Below are positions 1 through 11,509 of a DNA stretch of 64,000 nucleotides, one piece after another. The stretch is taken from NCBI GenBank assembly GCA_002269645.1, contig NIVC01000720.1:6096-70095 (forward strand). The letters run 5' to 3'. The DNA comes from Macrostomum lignano (taxonomy: Eukaryota). The notes under the pieces are model-generated. The model did no database searches. It was given only the letters and a program-made list of their open reading frames with translations, and was not told the origin of the DNA. Numbering within the stretch: position 1 is the first letter of the stretch; each line of letters starts with the position of its first letter. Both the position numbers and the translations under genes were made by a program.

Positions 1-289
1 GGCGACGACGGTCACGTGAGAACCGTGAGCCGCGACCACGCGCGCCTGGGCTCGGTGGTGGACATTGTCAACGCCTCGGTCAGGCCGCCGCAAAACCCAG
101 CTTATCGGGTCAGCGGCGGCCTGCCCTTCAGCCTCAGCGTCAGCGAGAACCGCGGCAGCGTTGTCTGCTGCCGCCTCATCGACCCCAGCGAGGTGACTGT
201 GTTTGAACGGCTGCGCCGCCAGCTGCTGCGACCGGCATCCGAGCACGTGACGCTTGGCCAGGTGCGCACCTTAGCGACTACTGACTAAG

Positions 290-350
<61 letters not shown>

Positions 351-2380
351 GACTAACTAACTAACTAACTAACTAACTAAATAACTAACTAAATAACTAA
401 CTAACTAACTAACTAACTAACTGACTAACTAACTAACTAACTAACTAACTGACTAACTAACTAACTGACTAACTAACTAACTAACTAACTAACTAACCGA
501 ACGCCTTCTCCAGGCGCTTCGCTGCGCCACAGACCAGCCGCAGTACGCCAGCCTACTGGCGCTAATCCAGCGCGTCCACCGGCCGCGCCAGCTCACTACG
601 CGCGAGGGCCGCGACACCTGCCGGGCCCAGCTGATTTTATGCGACGCAACCTGCCGCTCGTTTCCCCTCACCTTCTGGGGGCCGGAGAACTGCGAGGCCG
701 CTGCGGCGCTCCGACCCGGCCAGGTGGTCAGCGTGGTCGACTGCCGGGTGTCTTCGGCCGGCAGATTCCGCAGCGACGCCGCCGAGGGCACGGTCGACAA
801 GCGCACCGTCCTGATCGTCGATCCGCTGTGCTCCGAGGCCGCCGCTCTGCTGTCTCAGGCGGCCGACCTGCTTGAGACTGGCGGCGATCTCGGCGCCGCA
901 GCGGCAACTGCCAACAACGAGGAGATTGACGAGGATGTCACTGATGACGTCACCGAGCATGCCGGCCACGGAGCCCAGCGACATCTGCTGCATCAACAGC
1001 AGGTGGCTCCGCCGTTGCACGCGATCCACACCGTGCTGACGGCATTCAAGCTGTCCAGCTGCCCGCCGCCGGGTGTCGAGTACGCCATCGCCTTCGCCTG
1101 TCTCACGGAGTTGAACATCGGCAGCGCCGAGTCGCCGCCGATCTCCCTGCGCTGCACTGTGTGCGCCGGCCGAGCCGCGGAGCCGGCAGCAGCTGGTGGC
1201 CGCCAGGCCGGCTGCCAGAACACTGGTTGCGCTGGCGCCGCGATGCCGCCGACTGAAGTGGCCAGCGTTACTCTGGAGGCGGCCGATCACACCGGCACTT
1301 TTCATATGCGGGCGCAGGGACAGGTGCGCTTCGTGCTGCTTGCCGTCTATGAGTTGGTGTGTGGCGCTGGGGCCTGTTGGGGCAATATTTCAGAGCCTGT
1401 ATGCTGTCGCAGAGTAGGGACTCTGGAGTGGGAGTCATGCGGGAGAGGGAGAGCGGGGAGATGGAGGATGGAGGAAACGGAGGAGAAGACGATTGAAAAG
1501 GAGAAAGGAGAGGGAGAAAAAATATGTGGAGATAGGGGGATTCGGTAGAGAGGGGGAGATGATAGAGAGGGAAAGATGGTAGGGAGGGGGAGTTGGTAGA
1601 GAGGGGGAGACGGTAGAGAGGGGGTGACGGTAGAGAGGGGGAGACGATAGGGAGGGGGAGACGGTAGGGAGGGGGATACGGTAGAGAGGGGGAGACGGTA
1701 GAGAGGGAGAGACGGTAGGGAGGGGGATACGGTAGAGAGGGGGAGACGGTAGAGAGGGGGAGACGGTAGAGAGGGGGAGACGGTAGAGAGGGAGAGACGG
1801 TAGGGAGGGGGAGACGGTAGAGAGGGGGAGACGGTAGGGAGGTGGAGACGGTAGAGAGGGGGAGACGGTAGGGAGGGGGAGACGGTAGGGAGGGGAGACG
1901 GTAGAGAGGGGGAGACGGTAGAGAGGGGGAGACGGTAGAGAGGGGGAGACGGTAGAGAGGGGGAGACGGTAGAGAGGGGGAGACGGTAGAGAGAGGGATA
2001 CGATAGAGAGGGAAAGACGGTAGGGAGGGGAAGACGGTAGGGAGGGGAGGACGGTAGGGAGGGGGAGACGGTAGGGAGAGGAGACGGTATAGAAAGCAAA
2101 CCAGCACCCCAGACTTCCATTCCCGATTCCCCTGATCCCTCCTGACCGCCCGCAGGTGCTGCTGCAGCTGTGCGGATTGGGCAGCCTGGATCAGCTGCGC
2201 TCAGCCAGCCAGGCGCACCTGTCCAGAGTCCGGTCCCGACTGCTGTTCACTCGGCTGAAGTTCTACGTTCGAGTGGTTCGAGCCACGCATCTGCAGCCCA
2301 GGCCGTGCATGCAGCTGCTGGCCTGTCAGCCAGTTGACACTCAGGAGCTCGCCCAGTGCCTGCGCTTGTCCGCGCTTTGA
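1..2380 (+). CDS. MEIOB: Meiosis-specific OB-fold ssDNA-binding protein, 5' partial; exons <1-261, 514-1323, 2156-2380
   Basis: Phase-0 GT-AG junctions give one frame. Peptides LSVSENRGSVVCC, LILCDATCRSFPLTFWG, TVDKRTVLIVDP, CTVC...CQNTGC and ADHTGTFH...RLLFTRLKFYVRV...LLACQPVD resemble, as I recall them, MEIOB LSENHSTV, DETESSFAMTCW, TDHTGTL, FLLERSKIYLK and VLSCKLAD. Confidence 0.75.
284..497 (+). repeat. (CTAA)n microsatellite filling MEIOB intron 1
   Basis: About 50 CTAA units with occasional CTGA/ATAA variants, directly visible. Confidence 0.97.
1545..2092 (+). repeat. Purine-rich ~18-bp minisatellite (GGAGACGGTAGAGAGGGG) in MEIOB intron 2
   Basis: Repeated GACGGTAG core with G/A runs. 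Confidence 0.9.
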
Positions 2381-2447
2381 TTGGGGCCACTTTTCATTTT
2401 GTTCAACTTTCTCCGCTGTTGCTAGCAGATTTAAAATCAACTGAATC

Positions 2448-2835
2448 AAACCCGCCCCCTTACAGAGCCTGTTCCCTACAGGATCCGCCCCCTTACAGAG
2501 CCTGTTCCCTACAGGATCCGCCCCCTTACAGAGCCTGTTCCCTACAGGATCCGCCCCTTACAGAGCCTGTTCCCTACAGGATCCGCCCCCTTACAGAGCC
2601 TGTTCCCTACAGGATCCGCCCCCTTACAGAGCCTGTTCCCTACAGGATCCGCCCCCTTACAGAGCCTGTTCCCTACAGGATCCGCTCCCTTACAGAGCCT
2701 GTTCCCTACAGGATCCGCTCCCTTACAGAGCCTGTTCCCTACAGGATCCGCCCCCTTACAGAGCCTGTTCCCTACAGGATCCGCCCCCTTACAGAGCCTG
2801 TTCCCTACAGGATCCGCTCCCTTACAGAGCCTGTT
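2448..2835 (+). repeat. 33-bp tandem repeat (GGATCCGCCCCCTTACAGAGCCTGTTCCCTACA), about 11-12 copies
   Basis: Directly visible array downstream of the MEIOB stop. Confidence 0.95.
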
Positions 2836-3226
2836 CTCTTTTACAGCCGTTATTTACAGACAAGTACAGTTTTTGTTTTAATTTTTACTCGTTAATTTCG
2901 GCATTGTTTGGCAAACTTTATAATTCCTGTTGTTTTTCCTGTTGTTTTACAGGTCGCTGCAATTCAAGTAAAATAAAAGCTGTTCTGCTGCTTATAGTCT
3001 TCTTTTAGACTCCGTTGTCACCGTTTTGATATATGGATTATTGTTTGTTTGCTTCTTATTCCCGTTCGGAAAATTCTATGGCCATAGAAGAAGTGATGAA
3101 TGATGAATGATCATGATCATTGTTTAGCAATTTGACGATCATTATTCACATTTTTAATGCAGAACAATCCATTACTACAAACAATGCATTGTCTGTAGGA
3201 TCGTCAAACAGAAAAACAATGCAAAG

Positions 3227-3310
3227 AATCAGCGGTCCCAGTGCGTGACAACGATTGTCTGGCGAGCGCCGGCGGCAGACAATCGTTGTCACGCACTGGG
3301 ACCGCTGATT
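3227..3310. repeat. Perfect hairpin, 35-bp arms and 14-nt loop
   Basis: AATCAGCGGTCCCAGTGCGTGACAACGATTGTCTG is followed by its exact reverse complement. Confidence 0.9.
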
Positions 3311-3557
3311 ATTTATCCATTGTACTGATACTTACACACGTTCACAATTGGAACAACTCTTGGTCATTTTTCCACAGTTTTCAAATATAGCATTTTGCAG
3401 CCCATTGACATATGGCCAAGCATTCTTAAATGGATTTACTGCACGGCTTGGGATTTACTGCACAGTCGCGTTATCTATCTATGTCTATGGCTAAAACCAG
3501 AAGAATGCTTTGCTCATAAATCAATGAATCTATCACTAGGTTTCGAGTGCGTAAATA

Positions 3558-4340
3558 GTCTATGGCACGAGTGTGCGTTAATCTACCATTTGGGCTTACG
3601 CGCATTTAATTTAATCCAAGATACGTTTGCCAATGTAACAGAGCTTTTGTCTATGGTAGCAAGGCTGGCGCAGCGGCATTTAATTTGGTCCAACAAGCAT
3701 CTATTTGGTCCAAACACTCGTGAGCCATTGGCCTTCTCTCAACCGTCTGCAGGTTGTTGCGCACCGCTGGAATATCAGCGTCTCTACCAAAAGTTTTCAG
3801 TTGCTTTTCCAGAGCTCTGCTGATAGTCGAAATCTGATAACCAACTGGAGCTGTTCCCTCAACTTCTGCTGCATTTTCTGAAACGTCAACAAAGGGTTCG
3901 TCTCCACTGCATCGAGTAGCAGTTGGACCTGAGGCTCTCGAGCAACTTTTCTTGGCGATTGCCACCCTTTCGCAGGCAATCTCTGCCGGCAGAGTTTCAA
4001 CGCGCTGCTGGATGCTGTAAACCACCTTTTCTTTTACATTCAGCAACCTTGCAATGTCCTTTGGGTGTTCACCTCCGTCGAGTGCTTCGATCACAAGCCA
4101 ATGACATTCGTTCAACAGCCTAGCATATGGTCCACAATTCTGGGACTGAGCTGCAAATGAACTAAATGGACCAAATTGATGCTTGTTGGACCAAATTAAT
4201 GCTTGTTGGACCAAATTAAATGCCGCTGTGCCAGCCTTGCTACCATAGACAAAAGCTCCATTACTTTGACAAACATATCTTGGATTAAATTCAATGCGCG
4301 TAAGCCCAAATGGGCTGCAAAACGCTATATTACCATAGAC
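3558..4340 (-). mobile_element. Long-inverted-repeat element A carrying a frameshifted IS630/Tc1-like transposase N-terminal HTH fragment
   Basis: Imperfect inverted arms at about 3558-3712 and 4165-4340, each with two GTCTATGG/CCATAGAC motifs. Minus-strand peptides LVIEALDGGEHPKDIARLLNVKEKVVYSI, LLDAVETNPLLTFQKMQQKL and ISTISRALE follow the two-HTH pattern. Confidence 0.65.
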
Positions 4341-4924
4341 ATTTGGATTCAAAACATTCATCGCAGAGTATTTTTGTTAATAAATAAAGAACAGCAAGGA
4401 GTAGCTCGTAAATGAACAAAATAGGCAACAATCAATAAAACTGAAGTACAGCAGCAATACGAAAAGAGTTCATGATAAATTATGCCCCAGAGCACTTAAT
4501 CAGTTTGTAGTCGAAGCTTGACGATGTGATAACCCAAGGTGATGCGTACAGTTCTCAAAGCGGCAGTTCCCAAAGATGCTAGACACTTAAGCCTAATGAT
4601 TTAGCACTGGTTGGTCTCCTCCTTTAGGTGCTAAAGTATAGTTGTCGAACTTGCTAATTGAAAGATGCAAGTCTTGGCTTGCAGTAACTTGTTCGTCTGA
4701 TGAGCTTCCTTTGGTATCGGTTATTATTCAAGCGAAGTTCAGACAAAAATTGCAACTCTTACATATTTACACTGTTTTTAAGGCGTCGACAGGAAGAGGT
4801 TTCCAATTAATAAGTGCGGCTGGCAGACGAGACATATCAGGTAGCTTGACAAGACGCATGCAAAATCAGCACTTATCGCAGTTGTTGTCTATGGTCAAAG
4901 TAAGGCAAATCACAGGTTCTATGG
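4333..4924. mobile_element. Dispersed module M, copy 1; inverted homologue at 39915-40687
   Basis: Shared blocks such as CCATAGACATTTGGATT, GTATTTTTGTTAATAAATA, CGTCGACAGGAAGA..TTCCAATTAATAAG and CAAAATCAGCAC occur in both loci. Homology ends at the 8-bp motif on both sides. Confidence 0.75.
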
Positions 4925-5015
4925 TAAAATGTTTAGTGCGAAGCGTGCGGCTTCTATAATTTTAGAGCCTCTAGCCAAGAGCCTCTTAGCAACCTGGAGT
5001 GAAAAAAAGTGTTTG

Positions 5016-5927
5016 TCTATGTTAGTCTGGCCCACAGACTCTATAAACACTAGATGGCTCACTCTCCATTCCTTCAGTGGAGGCCAAATTCTCACTGTCT
5101 ATGGTTGGAATCCCTCGCTCGCGAGACTTCGCTCCCCCCCCCCCGCGCCAGCAGCTTATAACTAGCGTAGAGCCAGCAAAAATACTTTTCTCTCACTGAT
5201 TCTAGCACACCCAGTTCTTTCTCCTGCAACAACTAGATAGAATTATATATTTGACACTGAACACCTAGGCGAAAACCAACAAGCTTCTGGTAATGAACTC
5301 AAAAATCTGCTGTGCCTTATTGTATGTATACAATAAAGTGCCTTTAAATCTCCTATCTGTTCAATGCTTAATGTTTTTGCCTCGAAAGTGCCGAAATTTC
5401 GCTATAAATTTTGATTCAACAAATTCGGAGGCTTCCAGTTTTACCCAGCCACCTCCACAAATGATGGCACCAGGTTGTGAAAATCTGAAGGCAGTAGGAT
5501 TTTCCAATCAGAATTTATGCGACAATTATCGGCACTTTAAGAGACTTCTTTACGATATGCCTTTGTTTAAGTGCCGATAATTGTGGTATAACGTGTGACA
5601 AGCAGGTCCTATTGACGTCAGCTTTTCACAGTATGCTGCTTTTATCTAAACGAAGGACAGTGTGAAATTTGAGAAAAAAAGTGCAAAAAGTTCGGCAATT
5701 CCTCGCTTTCACTTCCCATAGCTAGAAGAATAGAACAAAGTAGAAGAGTATAGAACACATTAAAAGCCTGCGTTTAACAGTAGTTTAGTTAGGGCTAAAA
5801 TAGCGATTCCAACCATAGACGATCTGTTTGGGAGCAAGATTTTTCGCGGAGTGAGCCATCTAGTGTTTATAGAATCTGTGGGGGTCTGGCCTCGTGAGGT
5901 AAAACAGAGTCAGACAGAGCCATAGAC
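5016..5927. mobile_element. Long-inverted-repeat element B, no recognisable coding content
   Basis: CTATAAACACTAGATGGCTCACTC and GTCTATGGTTGGAATC at about 5016-5113 are reverse-complemented at about 5808-5927. Confidence 0.6.
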
Positions 5928-6574
5928 ATTCAGTGCTGGCTCCTTATCTTTACAATTGGCGTGGCCTAGAGGTAAAACTCGCTTCCACTCCAGATTGCTA
6001 CGTATAGAACTCCTTGCTTAAGCTTACAGAGTGAATGAGGTAATTTAATTATCTCGTCAACTTTTGCTGTAATATAGCAGTCGAAATAAGTCGCAATTGC
6101 ATCGATATATTTAAGTGGAATATTTTTTAAAACTGTTAAGCACCATAAAAACAGACATTTTAAAACTCGATTTAGCAGAGCATCCATAAACCATTCTGGG
6201 GAACAGTATCGTCAGTAATAAAACCGGGCCTTCCGACTTTCAGGCCACGCACAGGCCGTTCCGCCTGCGCCGGAAGCGCCGACCGCAGCGGCTGGCCGGC
6301 CTGCCCCTGGCGTACGGGAACTCGTTGTTGAAGTTGCCGCCAGTGGCATAGTTGCACACCACGTGGTACGGGTACCTGCCGCACCTGGCCACTCCGCAGC
6401 CCACGCGGGTCGTCTTTGCCCATACCACCTGCGTGTAGTGGCCGCAGACCTTCGAGCAAGATTTTCTGTAGTAGTTGTAGTACTTTTACTCGTTGAACCA
6501 CATGCGAACGTATCTGCAATGGGGGGGGGGAAGGCGGTGGGATTCAAGCCCTGACCCTGCACTAGAAGCTTAGT

Positions 6575-6958
6575 AGCCTGACCCACTAGCTAGATAGCTA
6601 GAAGCATAGCCTGACCCACTAGGAGCATAGCCTGACCCACTAGGAGCATGGCCTTACCCACTAGGAGCATAGCCTGACCCACTAGGAGCATAGCCTGACT
6701 CACTAGGAGCATAGCCTGACCCACTAGGAGCATAGCCTGACCCACTAGGAGCATAGCCTGACCCACTAGGAGCATAGCCTGACCCACTAGGAGCATAGCC
6801 TGACCCACTAGGAGCATAGCCTGACCCACTAGGAGCATAGCCTGACCCACTAGGAGCATAGCCTGACCCACTAGGAGCATGGCCTGACCCACTAGGAGCA
6901 TGGCCTGACCCACTAGGAGCATAGCCTGACCCACTAGGAGCATAGCCTGACCCACTAG
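6575..6958 (+). repeat. 21-bp minisatellite (GCATAGCCTGACCCACTAGGA) in CAP intron 3
   Basis: About 18 visible copies. Confidence 0.95.
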
Positions 6959-7477
6959 CTCACCTGGTGAAGTCGCGGCTGTGCCCGCCAGCCCAGTTCT
7001 GCCCGACCCAGCTGAAGCCCGGCAGTCGTCGGTCGCGGGCCCGGTCGTGGCCGACCCGGCACTTTCGAACCCACCGGTTGGCACTGCGCATCAGCCGGTC
7101 GTCCCACACCTGCGCGATGGGAGAGGTACAGGAGGATTTCTATGAGCTGCTTGAGCACAATTTCGACTGCAGAATCGGGCGCTAGTAAGGATTTTCCGGA
7201 AGCCGGCTTACCAGTTCAGCCATGTTTGAAGCAGACGGTTGGCCCCTTGTGTGCCCCTTGGCGGTCTGCGCTCTCAGCCGGTTGTGCTCCTTGAGGAAGG
7301 CCATCTTCTGTGACTGCGATAGCCGCAAAAGTCTAGCCTCGCAGCAAGCAGTTGCCATGGCGACAAGTAGAACCAAGGCGAAAGCTGCGTGTGCATTAGA
7401 GATCTTGGAGCTTTAAAAGACTAGAATTCCATTGGGAAGCATAGAGAAACCACTTGGAGAATTAGGAAGGGAAGGAG

Positions 7478-7705
7478 GGGGGTTGGGAAGAGAGGAAGAG
7501 GATTGGGAAGGGCGGAAGAGGATTGTGAAGGGAGGAAGAGGATTGGGAAGGGCTGAAGAGGATTGGGAAGGGCTGCCGAGGAGGATTGGGAAGGGCGGAA
7601 GAGGATTGGGAAGAGAGGAAGAGGATTGGGAAGGGCTGAAGAAGATTGGGAAGGACGGAAGAGGATTGGGAAGGGCTGCCGAGGAGGATTGGGAAGGGCG
7701 GAAGA
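7478..7705 (+). repeat. Degenerate GAGGATTGGGAAGGGC minisatellite in CAP intron 1
   Basis: Repeated GATTGGGAAG core; a similar monomer lies near 41680-41715. Confidence 0.85.
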
Positions 7706-8467
7706 ACAACTCGTTTCAGATTAGGAGAGACTCAGAAATGTTAATCCCAGCAGGAATCTAAGATCAGGTCAGGATATCCTGCAGAAGAATGCATGCAGAC
7801 AAGAGACACTTACCGTTCATGGTGGCTACAAAAAGCGGTCTTCTAGTCTTGATTCTTGCCTTCAGTCAAAGTCTTCTCAATCTGCTCAACCGGCTTGGGA
7901 CGAACTGGTGCTCACTGGCGATGGGCGGAATTCCATCTCATATTTATAGTGGCTTGAAACGCCTTAAAATTCCATGTATGGACGAGTACATAAATTAGGC
8001 GACGACTGCGTAATTTTAACAAGATGAATTCATCTCAGCCAAAGCTTTGATTTGCAGTGGCGTGATTAGAGAGGGGTCGGGGTGAGCCGTATTAGCACCA
8101 GCTGAGAAATTGGATTCAACAGCGTTGATGACTAATTGCTGTGAAAATGAAACACAAACTGATGACTCACGCGTTTTGCACTTAATCGAACTAAAAATAA
8201 TTCTCAACCTGCCAGACGTGAATGACGTCAAGCGCTGGGGCGGCACGATCGCAAATTTTGTTGTGTTGACTGAGTGCAAAACGCGTGAGTCATTAGTTTG
8301 GGTTTCATTTTTACAGCAATATCACAGCATATACAAATTTTTAAAGTGCAGCAAAACAAGACTAGGAAAAGAAAGTTCAGTATAGGGTACGACGGTATTT
8401 TAAAATTATAGTGATTAATAAATAATTTGTGTTGGAAGTTGTTCACAAGAATAGCAATGTTTTGTAT

Positions 8468-9195
8468 TGCGCCAAAGCTGTACTATAAGGGGCGCCAAAG
8501 CTGTTCTCTAAGGGGCTCCAAAGCTGTAGCTGTAAGGGGCGCCAAAGCTGTAGCTGTAAGGGGCGCCAAAGCTGTGCTGTAAGGAGCGCCAAAGCTGTAG
8601 CTGTAAGGGGCGCCAAAGCTGTAGCTGTAAGGGGCGCCAAAGCTGTGCTGTAAGGAGCGACAAAGCTGTAGCTGTAAGGGGCGCCAAAGCTGTAGCTGTA
8701 AGGGGCGCCAAAGCTGTGCTGTGGCTCTGAGGGGCGCCAAAGCTGTGCTGTGGCTCTGAGGGGCGCCAAAGGTGTGCTATGAGGGGCGCCAAAGGTGTGC
8801 TATGAGGGGCGCCAAAGCTGTACTATAAGGGGCGCCAAAGCTGTGCTATAAGGGGCGCCAAAGTTGTGCTATAAGGGGCGCCAAAGTTGTACTATAAGGG
8901 GCGCCAAAGCTGTGCTGTAAGGGGCGCCAAAGCTGTGCTGTAAGGGGCGCCAAAGCTGTGCTGTTAGAGGCGCCAAAGCTGTGCTGTAAGGGGCGCCAAA
9001 ACTGTGCTGTGAGGGGCACCAAAGCTGTGCTGTGAGGGGCGCCAAAGCTGTGCTGTAAGGGGCGCCAGAGCTGTACTATAAGGGGCGCCAAAGCTGTGCT
9101 GTAAGGGGCGCCAAAACTGTGCTGTAAAGGGCGCCAAAGCTGTGCTGTTAGGGGCGCCAAAGCTGTGCTGTTAGGGGCGCCAAAGCTGTGCTGTA
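8468..9195 (+). repeat. ~21-23-bp minisatellite with GGGGCGCCAAAGCTGT core
   Basis: About 30 visible copies. Confidence 0.95.
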
Positions 9196-9679
9196 AGGAG
9201 AGCAAAAAGCCACAATGCTTTTTGCAGGTCAGACACTTTAGACAATTGTTCAACAATTGAACTGCTTAAGTGACGTCACCCCCCTAGTCGACCTCACTTC
9301 AAAGTGGGCATGCTGTGTGGGTGGTTCAAACTGTTTTTTTTCAAGACAGACAGACCAGACTCCAGTCACACCTTCATCGCTCATTAGCTATGCAAAACTA
9401 GGGGTTGAGACGGCTCACGCTCTGTCACCGCTGTCTCTCCGCTCCTCCTCTGTTGCAACCTTAATTGCACAGTGGGGGGGTTCCTAAACAAAATACAAAT
9501 GTCTTTTAAGTAGTGAAAGTAGCTGGATTATAAAAAATGCAGATTAAGAAAGACAGACAGACAGCGAGTAAGAAAAAACGGAAAAGACGGAAGCTCCTGA
9601 TTGTGTATGGAGCTGGCCTCTTCATCTCGACCTCTCTTGGTCTGGCGTATAGTTTTAGCACGAGAGCCATGATTTTCTA

Positions 9680-10760
9680 TTTCGGTTGAGATTCTCATAG
9701 GGTGAGATTTTCTATTTCGGTTGAGATTCTCATAGGGTGAGATTCTCTATTTGGTTTGAGATTCTCATAGGGTGAGATTTTCTATTTGGTTTGAGATTCT
9801 CAAAGGGTGAGCTTCTCTATTTGGTTTGACATTCTCACAGTGAAGATTTACTTTTTTGTTTGAGAGTCTCATAGGGTGAGATTTTCTTTTTGGGTTGAGA
9901 TTCTAATAGGGTGGAATTCTCTATTTCGTTTGAGATTCTCATAGGGCGAGATTTTCTATTTGGCTTGATATTCTCTTAGGGTGAGATTTTCTATTTGGTT
10001 TGAGATTCTCTTAGGGTGAGATTTTCTATTTGGTTTGAGATTCTCTTAGGGTGAGATTTTCTATTTGGTTTGAGATTCTCAAAGCGTTAGATTTTCTTTT
10101 TGAGTTGAGATTCTCATAGGGTGAGATTTTCTATTTGGTTTGAGGTTCTCAGTGAGTGAGATTTTTTGTTAGGCTTGAGATTCTCATAGGGTAAGATTTT
10201 CTATTTGGTTTGAAAATCTCCTAGGGTCAGATATTTTGTTAGGCTTGAGATTCTCTTAGGGTGAGATTTTCTATTTGGTTTGAGATTCTCATAGAGTGAG
10301 ATTTTTTGTTAGGCTTGAGATTCTCATAGGGTAAGATTTTCTATTTGGTTTGAAAATCTCCTAGGGTGAGATTTTTTGTTAGGCGAGATTCTCATAGGGT
10401 GAGATTTTCTATTTGGTTTGAAACTCTCATAGGGTGAGCTTTTTAGTTTGGTTTGAGATCCTCATAGGGTGAGATTTTCTTTTTTGGGTTGAGATTCTCA
10501 TAGGGTGAGATTTTCTATTTGGTTGGACATTCTCATAGGGTGGGATTTTCTTTTTAAGTTGAGATTCTCGTAGGTAAGGATTTTTTTGATTAGAGATTCT
10601 CATAGGGTGAGATTTTAGCTCTATTTGGTTTGAGATTCTCATAGGTTAAGATTTCTAATTTGGGCTGAGATTCTCATAGGGTGAGATTTTATGATTTGGG
10701 TTTAGGTTTTCATACTCATAAGGTAGGATTTAATTATTTGGGTTGAGATTCTCATACTCA
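9680..10760 (+). repeat. Degenerate ~34-bp minisatellite (GAGATTCTCATAGGGTGAGATTTTCTATTTGGTTT)
   Basis: Directly visible; related in reverse complement to 26350-26600. Confidence 0.92.
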
Positions 10761-11011
10761 TAACAATAAGTCGAATTGCTTTTTAACTAACAACAACAGG
10801 TAAAAAAGAAAAAGACCCGCATCCTGCATGGTTGCAAAAGCAGAATTTTACAAAAGCAGTTACATGTTTAAACGAACTTTCATGTATTGGTTTGTCATAG
10901 CAATAAAAAACATCAAGTTACATTGCATGCATTATTTACACGGTATATGTGCAGGGTTTCCAGTCCACTCGCTGGCTCGCAATATGATTATAAATGGCAG
11001 TCCTTGGCACG

Positions 11012-11305
11012 TCAGGATGGTCGTCCTTCGCTCAGATCCGCCAGCACCCGCTGGAGCTCCCGGATGTAGGCGATGGCAGCTCGCAGGATTTGCACTTTGC
11101 TCAGCCGGCTACGGCCGCCGCCGCCGCTGCCGCCTGAATTCTCGGGCGATTCCAAGCCGCTCCTGTTGCTAAGCGGAAGTGACTCAAGCAGTTTGGCGTA
11201 GCCGGCGTTAACGCAGCGGACCCGGTCGCGCTCTCGCTGGTTGCGTCTCTGCGTCAGTATGGCGCCGGCGCAACAGGCTGGGAGATGCTGGTGCTCTGAA
11301 GTCAT
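11012..11305 (-). CDS. Achaete-scute family bHLH transcription factor (ASCL-like), single exon
   Basis: RRNQRERDRVRCVNAGYAKL...RLSKVQILRAAIAYIRELQ fits the achaete-scute basic/helix pattern RRNERERNRV...LSKVETLR.AI.YI..LQ. Confidence 0.85.
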   Translation of the reverse strand: MTSEHQHLPACCAGAILTQRRNQRERDRVRCVNAGYAKLLESLPLSNRSGLESPENSGGSGGGGRSRLSKVQILRAAIAYIRELQRVLADLSEGRPS

Positions 11306-11509
11306 CTCTGCTTGATTGACAGGTCTGGGAACGCACCATCATCCTTTTTAAATAGCTTGCAACCGCGCAGCAGCTTCTTCATCAAAGCAGCTCGCAGCTG
11401 ATTGGCTGAGACCGGCGGCGCCGCCCGCCTCTCCTCATGGACAATTTTAGGCTAATTTGGGACACTATGAAGATGGCAGCTAGGGAATGCCTGCTGAATG
11501 AATGCTAGC

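Larger units (their letters stand above)
6240..7820 (-). pseudogene. CAP/SCP/TAPS (CRISP/venom allergen-like) secreted protein with in-frame TAA; exons 7820-7814, 7384-7212, 7109-6964, 6513-6240
   Basis: Signal peptide, FLKEHNRLRA, MAEL-VWDDRL, GQNWA, CGHYTQVVWAKTTRVGCG and VCNY motifs. Splice phases total 600 nt. TAA at 6488-6486 interrupts WFNE*KYYNY. Confidence 0.8.

Noticed and set aside
6486-6488. TAA reassignment (alternative genetic code)
   Set aside because: The TFIIS-like gene ends in TAA and no other gene in the window has internal stops; known flatworm code changes are mitochondrial.
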